Shown here: in pieces, positions 55,611-64,000 of the stretch | Numbering within the stretch: position 1 is the stretch's first letter | Layout: every line of letters begins with the position of its first letter | Origin: Eledone cirrhosa | Lineage: Eukaryota | Assembly: GCA_964016885.1 (NCBI GenBank) | Contig: OZ024750.1 | Coordinates: 5,890,001-5,954,000, forward strand | Direction: 5' to 3' | DNA: 64,000 bases | Translations under genes and position numbers: made by a program | The notes under the pieces: model-generated | Told to the model about the DNA's origin: nothing | Databases searched by the model: none | What the model saw: only the letters and a program-made list of their open reading frames with translations

Positions 55611-58146
55611 AGATGTGTACGTATTGTTTTCTTTTATTAAAGCGACAGTGTGTGCTATTTCTAGCATTTGGAGTGTTGAAGTCAGAGACAGAACCAAATC
55701 TTCCACTTCACCCATTTGTTTATCCAATGATATAGGAATATACTAAATCTCGGATCAACCTTGTTACTTTCAGTATTTTATATCTTTCAACACAGACTGA
55801 AATGATATGATTAAATAATATGAGGAGTGATGTCACAGTTTTGTGATATTGGTCACTACCAGCTGCTATTTACATTGAATATATTTCAACAAGAGATTAA
55901 AGTGTAGTATCAGGGAATTAGCTTCAAATTAACGAGCTAATAATATTTTACTCAGCAACGAGAGATTGCGTAACGATGGATATTTGATTAACAATTAAGT
56001 CAAACAGAGATGAAAAAAGCTTTAACGACTTGCTCTATAACGATGATCATAGTGCTAATGGAATAACAATTTACCCTAAATTAAAAATTAAAAAATGAAC
56101 AGAATGTTTATTTTTAAAATTTCTGTCAATAATGCTTTTTAGCTGTTTCTTGTGTTATTTAAAACTGGAACCGTTTCCCTGGCGCCATTTATATGTGCGT
56201 CTAAAACACATTTTTTTGTTGCCCTAGCACTTCTTTAAATGTAATGTTATAAATATTTTAGAATATCATAAAGTAAAATAATCTGCCCGAATTTCTAAGA
56301 TCACTTCATGTGACGAATCTTCTAACACACTTAAACCGTCTGTTAGATCGGGTAATTTTCTCCTCAGTTATTTTTCTCGTCTACAACATGCCTTCGAAAC
56401 CATGAAACACACGACAGGGTGTTGTGTCCTATCTCTAAACAAAGTAAACCACTTTGACTGACTGTTATTGACCTATCATCTTCCTCCCCAACTCCACAAA
56501 TGATGAAAACAGATGAAATAAACCAGCTTATTGCCTCTCTCACTGAACACCCTAAGTCCACTGGAGTCTTGTACTCTTGTGTAAAACAGCAACAGTTTTT
56601 TTACTCTTGAAAATACTGGCACCAGGAATATTGTTGTTCCTGACATCAGAAAAATCTACTACTATATCTCGGGCGGGACGTCCGGACAAATGTACCGCGT
56701 ATTGGTTTTTCTCGACTAAAGGTTTCTTTTTTCTTTTTAGATATATAATTCTAATCGCCCATACGTCATCATTAGATATATAATTCTCATCACCCATACT
56801 CTATGTTTATGACACTAGCTTTCACTTTTTTCCATAACCATCATTCTGCCATTCACAAGCAAATTAAATACCCCTCACATGACATACTAACTTACATGCA
56901 CAAAAGTCCCCAAAAACACACTCCAAAGAAGACATCGCAACCTAAACTCATAAATCAGCCATTATACATATACAAACACAAACCAACCCACAATTATATC
57001 CTTCAGAAATTACAAATGTCGACCATACTTAGCTGATTATCTTTTATGACTGACTACAAAGAAACTGCTTTTCAGTGTTAATTATTTATTTCCGAACTTA
57101 TGCTGACATACAAGGCGCTATTCCATCCATATTAATATACTATTCACTTAGATATGACGTCCAACTTATACACTTACAAATATTGTAGACAGGGGACACA
57201 TGCTCTCTCTGACTGATTGCCAAACCTTTACTTAACTCTCTATAAACAATTCTATACCCTCACATTTTATCACCTCTAGGACTTTTCTTCCCTTATTGCA
57301 ATATTGTTAATCAGAACTATTTATAAGATCAGAAATAGAACCTATTATAACAGGAATGACAAACATGCGACCCTTTACAAGCACAACTGTGGTCCGCACA
57401 AAGGTTTTTACAGTGCAAGCATGTTTTATCTTCGTAAAATTAGTTGTAATGTGCGCAATTAGTTATCGATTGTGGCCCCCAGACAACACATATGTGACCC
57501 ATGTGGCACTCGGGGCACCCTCAGTTTGACATGCCTGCGTTATAATACCATTTCTAGAATTTTTTCTATAGGTATCTAAGGGGTTAAAACAATAACAATA
57601 TACAATAGAAAATAGTAACTTAAGTACAGATGAAAGAACAGCCGAACTCCCACTGTCACGCCTCCATCTCTCTCGCCCTCCCCATCTCTCCGAATGGTGA
57701 GCAAATAGGCTCCCACGTCCTGGCCTCCCCACAGCCCCGGGGTCTGGCAACCGATTTACAACAAATATCGCAAGTTACCCTACATAGCATTGAGTGGATC
57801 AAAGCTATGAGAGGGAAAATGGATAGAAGGGTCGTGTTTGGAAGTTCGTCGTACAGACTATCTGTATTTCAAATGGTCAGACTTGTCACAGACACTGTGT
57901 CACGCTGAATCTTCCTGAGAATTACATTAAGGGTATATATTTATGTGGAATGCTCAGTCACTTATATGTTACTTACAGGAGTAGTCTCTTCTATTGATAG
58001 AGAATGATAGAACAACTGAAACGCTCATCGTCGAAAACAGACGTCCATCGCCATCGTCGTCGTATTTGTATTTCTACAGACCAACGATGGTTACAGATAA
58101 TGATTTATTAACAAGACAAACTTCCATTGAAAGGATAAGAGGAAAT

Positions 58147-58410
58147 ACACTGTAACACGGTAAGACTGTAACACGGTAAGACTAACACGGTAACACGGTA
58201 ACACTGTAACACGGTAACGCTGTAACACCAACACTGTAACACGGTAAGACGGTAACGCTGTAACACTAACACTGTAACACGGTAAGACTGAAACACTGTA
58301 ACATGGTAACACGGTAAGACTAACACTGTAACACGGTAAGACTGTAACACTGTACACTGTAACACGGTAAGACTGTAACACTGTACACTGTAACACGGTA
58401 AGACTGTAAC
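58147..58410. repeat. Mosaic 8-bp satellite (ACTGTAAC / ACGGTAAG variants)
   Basis: Direct inspection. Confidence 0.9.
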
Positions 58411-58752
58411 GAGGTCTATATCTTTATTAATGAGATTATCTACATAAATAAAAACTACGGTGAAGGGAAGATTTATGTATGAAACAGTTAAAATAGCGAG
58501 TCTCCAGTAATACAGACTGTATGAGAGATGGGGAGGGAGAGAGATAGATAGCGAGAGGGAGGTAGAGGGGGCAGAGATAGATAGGGAGGAGGCAGAGAGA
58601 GGAGTGGACACATGTAGTGAGAGAGATGGAGAGATAGGAGAGAGAGAGAGAGAGAGGAAAAAGAGAGGGAAAAGGGGACAGAGGAAGGGCTGGAAATAGG
58701 GGAGTGAGATATAGAGATAGAGAGATGGTGTGAGTCGAGAGAGATGAAAGGG

Positions 58753-58786
<34 letters not shown>

Positions 58787-58844
58787 AGCTAGGATCGTCA
58801 GTAGCAGCTACAGTAGTAGCAACAGCGTCATTGTCAGGGGCGAT

Positions 58845-58854
58845 GTGTGTGTGA

Positions 58855-58887
<33 letters not shown>

Positions 58888-58914
58888 TGTGAGTGTGTGT
58901 GTAAGTATGTGTGT

Positions 58915-58957
<43 letters not shown>

Positions 58958-59160
58958 TGTGTATGTGTGTATACATATGTGCGTGTGTATACACGTACAC
59001 ACATATACATACATGTATATATATACATATACACATATATATACATATACATATATATACATACATATACATACATACATATACATACATACATACATAT
59101 ACATACATATATATATACATATATACATATACATATACATATATATATATATACATATAC

Positions 59161-59223
<63 letters not shown>

Positions 59224-59270
59224 CATATATATATATACATATACATATACATATATATATATACATATAT
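58845..59270. repeat. (GT)n plus TA/CA microsatellite
   Basis: Direct inspection. Confidence 0.95.
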
Positions 59271-59559
59271 GGTGGCTGCCAACTCGTTTTCGAGTACGGC
59301 CACTACTTTATATCCATGTAGGAGAACCCCTACCGATGCGCTGAACGAGTGTGACTTTTTAGTCCAGCCAGCGACTTGAAAACTCTGGTACAAACACTAC
59401 ACTTGTGACAATTACTGACACATAGTGCTGGGCCCATGGTACCATGTGACGACAAGTGCAGAGAGATCTCCAGATATAAAGCAATGCCTGTGCCGTGAAG
59501 CTTTTATAGTGAGCAAAGGCACTGCACAAAGCCAGTCCCACTCTCTTAACCAAGATGAT

Positions 59560-59878
59560 ATTTACCAAAAAGAAGAACAAGTCAACATCATTGGATACCA
59601 TCAGGGTTGCAGGTGTTATATCAGAGTTTTCCTTCTCCTAGAATTCTGCCTTGACAAAGGCTAAGGGGTCATCTCTCCCGGTGATTTTGGATGGCCATTA
59701 ACTCTTAACAGGTCCTTTGCCCTTTGACAGGTTTTGTTTTTAGTCCTGCAGGATGTCCAAAGTCACCCTCCTCACCAAGAAACCTTGGTGGGGTTGCCAG
59801 TTTAGTCGCCAACGACCTGACCATGAGACAGGTTGTACTGGGACACATTTTACCAGTAGCACCAACTGGTGACCTGAC
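59560..59878 (-). mobile_element. Probable 5' UTR of an RTE/Ingi-type LINE with an HDV-like ribozyme candidate at its 5' end
   Basis: CTAGGAGAAGGAAAACTC motif; CAGTACA...GTCGTTGGCGACTAA motif; starts exactly at a TA-repeat junction. Confidence 0.45.
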
Positions 59879-60078
59879 ATATATATATACATACATACAT
59901 ATATATATATATACATACACACATATGTGTATATTTATATTCTTTCTGCAAATGTTGTCGAGGGAGCACAAAGTTGACAGAAACTCTATTTATCATTGCT
60001 GAAGTGTCATTTAAAAAAAGATAAATGACCAGAGTGAAAGGAAACAGCAAGATCCCTCTCTCTCACACACACAAAAAT

Positions 60079-60201
<123 letters not shown>

Positions 60202-60527
60202 GGAAAGAAAAACTGAAATTTTTTTTATATATAGTGAAGGTGAGAGGTGTGATTGAAAGAGATAGAGGAAGAAAATTGTATCTCGGGGTTGCTTCAAATT
60301 GGAACTTGCGTGAGATGAAAGAAATATGTAGTTAATGAGAGGAAGTAATAAAGAGCAGTTGAGTGAAAGAGAAAGGGATGTGTGAGGATAGAGATAGATA
60401 GAGAGAGAGATCAGGAGAGAGAGAGAGAGAGAGAGAAGATAGCGAGAAACTTACTGTGTCAAATATTGTGGAAGTGTGAGATATGAATAGTAGATAGATA
60501 GGTAGACAGTTAAATAGAGAAGTAGAG

Positions 60528-60584
<57 letters not shown>

Positions 60585-60752
60585 GAGAGAGAGCGATAGA
60601 TATATATATATATATAGATAGATAGATAGATAGGTAGAGAGAGAGAGAGAGAGAGAGAGATAAATATATGGATCAATAGAGAGGTTGATCGTTCGTTATA
60701 TAGATAGATACATAGATAAATAGATATATAGAGAGATTCATTCGTTTGTTAT

Positions 60753-60798
<46 letters not shown>

Positions 60799-63293
60799 GT
60801 GTGTATGTGTAATTTAGGTTGATATTTATAATAATCGAATAATTATGACAGATCAACAGCTGTGACTAACTATATTGATGATCGTTTAGAAATGATAGGA
60901 AATGACACAGAACGGTAGATGAGGGTGAGAGAGTGTGTAAATTAGTGAATTGGAAGAATAGATAGATGGATAGGCAGATAGATAGGTAGATAGATAGGCA
61001 GATAGATAGGTAGATAGATATGTTTCTTTTATTTGCCACCAGGGCATCAAAAGTGGGACAAGTACAATGGGGGGAGTTTTCAAAACAAGGCGTTCTCAAT
61101 AAGGAGGAGGCAATAACAATATATAAAAATAAAATAAAATATAACAAAAAATAAAATTTATAACAAAGTCCTCAATAGAGAGGAGGCGCCTTGGGGGGTC
61201 GCACACACACCCGAAAAAAGTGTGCAACCCTTCTCCTCAGGAGCACAGAGAAGGGGTGCTCCCTTGGTCTTTCATCTTCCTCACCTAGATAGATAGGTAA
61301 ATAGATAGATGGAGAGTGGGATAGATTTCTTTATTTGCCACAAGGGCGTACAAGAAAAGGGGACAGATAAATAGGTGAGGGTGAGAGAGTGTGTAAATTA
61401 GTGAATTGGAAGAATAGATAGATGGATAGGTAGATGAGAGATGATTGAAATAGAAAGAGAGGAGAGAGAGGAGAGAGAGGAGAGAGAGAGAGAGACCATA
61501 TGAAACCAATTAATTATTCTTTGTCTAGTGGTGGTAATGGTAGTGGTGGTGGTAGTTGTTTTGGTAATGGTAGTGGTGGTGGTTGTGGCAATAGTTATGA
61601 TAAGGGTGGTGCTGGTGGTTGTTGTACTGGTGGTGGTGGTGGTGGTTGTACTAGTGGTGGTAAGTGGTGAGTGTTGTAGTGATGGAGGTGGTGGTTGTGG
61701 TGATGGTGGTTGTGGGAATGAAGCTGGTAGTTTATTGTTTACTTTTTATTGTCAGTTGAGCTGTTTCTGTTATTAATATATTTGATATAATTGGAGATAG
61801 AAAGTCTGGCAGTTTACTCGACTAACAAATGATTTATAATTATATATTTTCGTCCTCTGCTTTCTCGATTCAAATCGCACTGTAGTTGGTTTCGCCTATA
61901 GAAAAATGATATTGCCATATTCGCTTAAATACACAATTCCTAATGAATCTGGATTTATACTTACAAAAAAAAAAAAAAAAAAAAAAATTCAATATAGGAC
62001 ATAATTAAGCTTATATTTGGTATTTAACGGAGAGAAACCTGTAGAAGTCTCCATATTATGATTCAAACCGAGGGTATGATATATGTCACATAACCAAGAT
62101 TCCAGGCAGTGGGATCGAACCCTAGACCTAATGATTGCAAAACGAATTCCTTAACCATTCGACCATACTAATTCCTTAGAATTAGTATATAAAGAATCTG
62201 TATATAAAGATAAGGTGCTTATATCAGTCTATACACATGATGCTGGTTAAATATTTATACATACATTGCGTGTGTAGAAAATCTGTTGCTTGCAAGAATT
62301 TAAACTCAGCTATGAGATTCTTTGAGTACTGCTGCAGTTTGTGTGCTCAGCTATTAGCTCCTTAATTTTATGTACTGGCTGTGTTGTTGATCAAGCAACT
62401 GGAATACTCATCGTCGAAATCGACAGCCGTCCAGTATCAAGAATATACATTATCTTCGTAGAGAGAAAAAGGGTAACCAGTTGGATTAGTTTCAATTCTA
62501 TTTGGAGATTTCTTCAGTGGCTGAATACCACTCTTTAACTGTCCACGGAGACTATTTATTAATCTACTATTATAGATAGATTTGAAATTTGTCTGGTTGA
62601 TCCCGACATTCCTGTCTACGAAATTATGATATATGATATATATTTATATATAAACAGCATGTTTCCATTTGTTTATTTGATTAAGTGTCGGCTAGAAATC
62701 TATAGTTATCTTCTGTAGTAGAGTATAGCATTGAAACCAAATGTTGTTATCACACCAGTAATTTATTAATAGAAATAATATAGTAAACAACAACAACAAA
62801 AACAACAACAGCAACAACACAATTACTACAGGAATAGCAACAACAGCAGAAGAATGAAATATAATGAAATATAATGAAATATAATTAAATAAAAGCAACA
62901 TGTACAGAACAAGTGAAATATAGAAAGCAATGGAAGTATATTATTTAAAACAAATGCGTCATGACTATAGAACAAATATATAGATTGTTATTTTTTAAAT
63001 CATCCAACAGATCACAATAAGCATTACACTCAATCATAACAATAGCAATAATTTAATATAAAACAATCAGCAAAAAACCCCCCAAAAAACATAAAATATA
63101 AAACTCTATACACCAACAACAAGACACAAGATTGCAAACTGCTGAATAAACTTTAGATGACTAATGTAATTTACAAATCCAGATGTGATCTTAAAAGAAG
63201 TAAACACGATTATAGCAGTTTCATAGGTCATTTAAGTACAACGTTATCTAGAATAAATATACCACAGCAACACTTATTAGTATAGAAGAAAGC

Positions 63294-63474
63294 TACCGTA
63301 TTTCCCGGAGTCGAAGACGCTACCTTTTTCCTAAAATAAGTCTTTAATAAAAAAAAAATCTACCATGCATCCTGGAGGCCGAAAGTTGTTTATTATTTTT
63401 TTTCAAATTTTTGGTTGTCAAAATTAGGGTGCGACCTCGAGGACGAAGCGTCTTCGGCGCCTGAAACTACGGTA
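63294..63474. mobile_element. pogo/Tigger-type MITE with TA TSD
   Basis: TA-CCGTATTTCCCGGAGTCGAAGACGC ... GCGTCTTCGGCGCCTGAAACTACGG-TA. Confidence 0.75.
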
Positions 63475-64000
63475 TTTAGAAATATCAGTTGTTACTAAAC
63501 TTTACTACTTTATATGGAAGCTCCTATCACTACCAAATATTACAAGATTGATTAGTTATGAACCGTGTATTAATAACAATATATCATATCTTTTAAAACT
63601 CTTGATGGAGTCACAAAGTAGCTATCATTACATAAAACATGCCTTGGGTATTTAAATCTAGAGGTGCCCATCCCTCTCCAGGTCTGAACACAGACGATTT
63701 TCTTTTGTAGGAGAGAAAGAGAAGTGGAAAAGAGTTTAGAGGAATAATCGACCCCGCTATTGAAATTGTACTTTATTTATCGACATTGAAAGGATGATCT
63801 CGGTGAGATTGGAACATAGAATCCAAAGAGTCAGAAGAAATATAACAAAGTCTTCTATCAGACGTTCTAACTCCCCTGCCGCCTCCAGAATATAAGACGC
63901 ACTTCAACAAACTGACAGTGCATCGCAGTGGTAAACTAATCAACATATATGGTTGTTGAAAAAATAAAGGAAAGGAACCAGTCTTTAGATTGGAGTGAGG

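Noticed and set aside
60915-61435. Local repeats and TTTATTTGCCAC tails near 61020 and 61325
   Set aside because: Probably retroelement 3' UTR pieces with a small duplication; the family cannot be assigned from sequence alone

Overview
AT-rich, repeat-dense eukaryotic DNA with no recognisable host protein-coding exon; it is intergenic or deep intronic. The SINE families and extreme (TA)n/(CA)n/(GA)n density suggest a coleoid cephalopod, probably Octopus (inference). Nearly all long ORFs in the track are microsatellite translations. Mobile DNA includes many copies of two tRNA-derived SINE families and fragments of RTE-, CRE-, Vingi/Ingi- and CR1/Jockey-like LINEs. There are also hAT and pogo MITEs, several minisatellites and a 200-N gap. 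The main signal is a set of short modules, mostly dissimilar in sequence, embedded in (TA)n tracts. They share one architecture: an inverted (fold-back) partial copy, a type I hammerhead ribozyme fold, AATAAA, an ATYGAGTRCTC motif, then the microsatellite junction about 35-50 nt later. This fits Penelope-like element pLTR remnants or non-autonomous retrozyme-like elements. The shared 3' motif, a conserved stem-II insert and non-canonical hammerhead cores look undescribed to me. All structures were folded by eye and need computational and biochemical confirmation.
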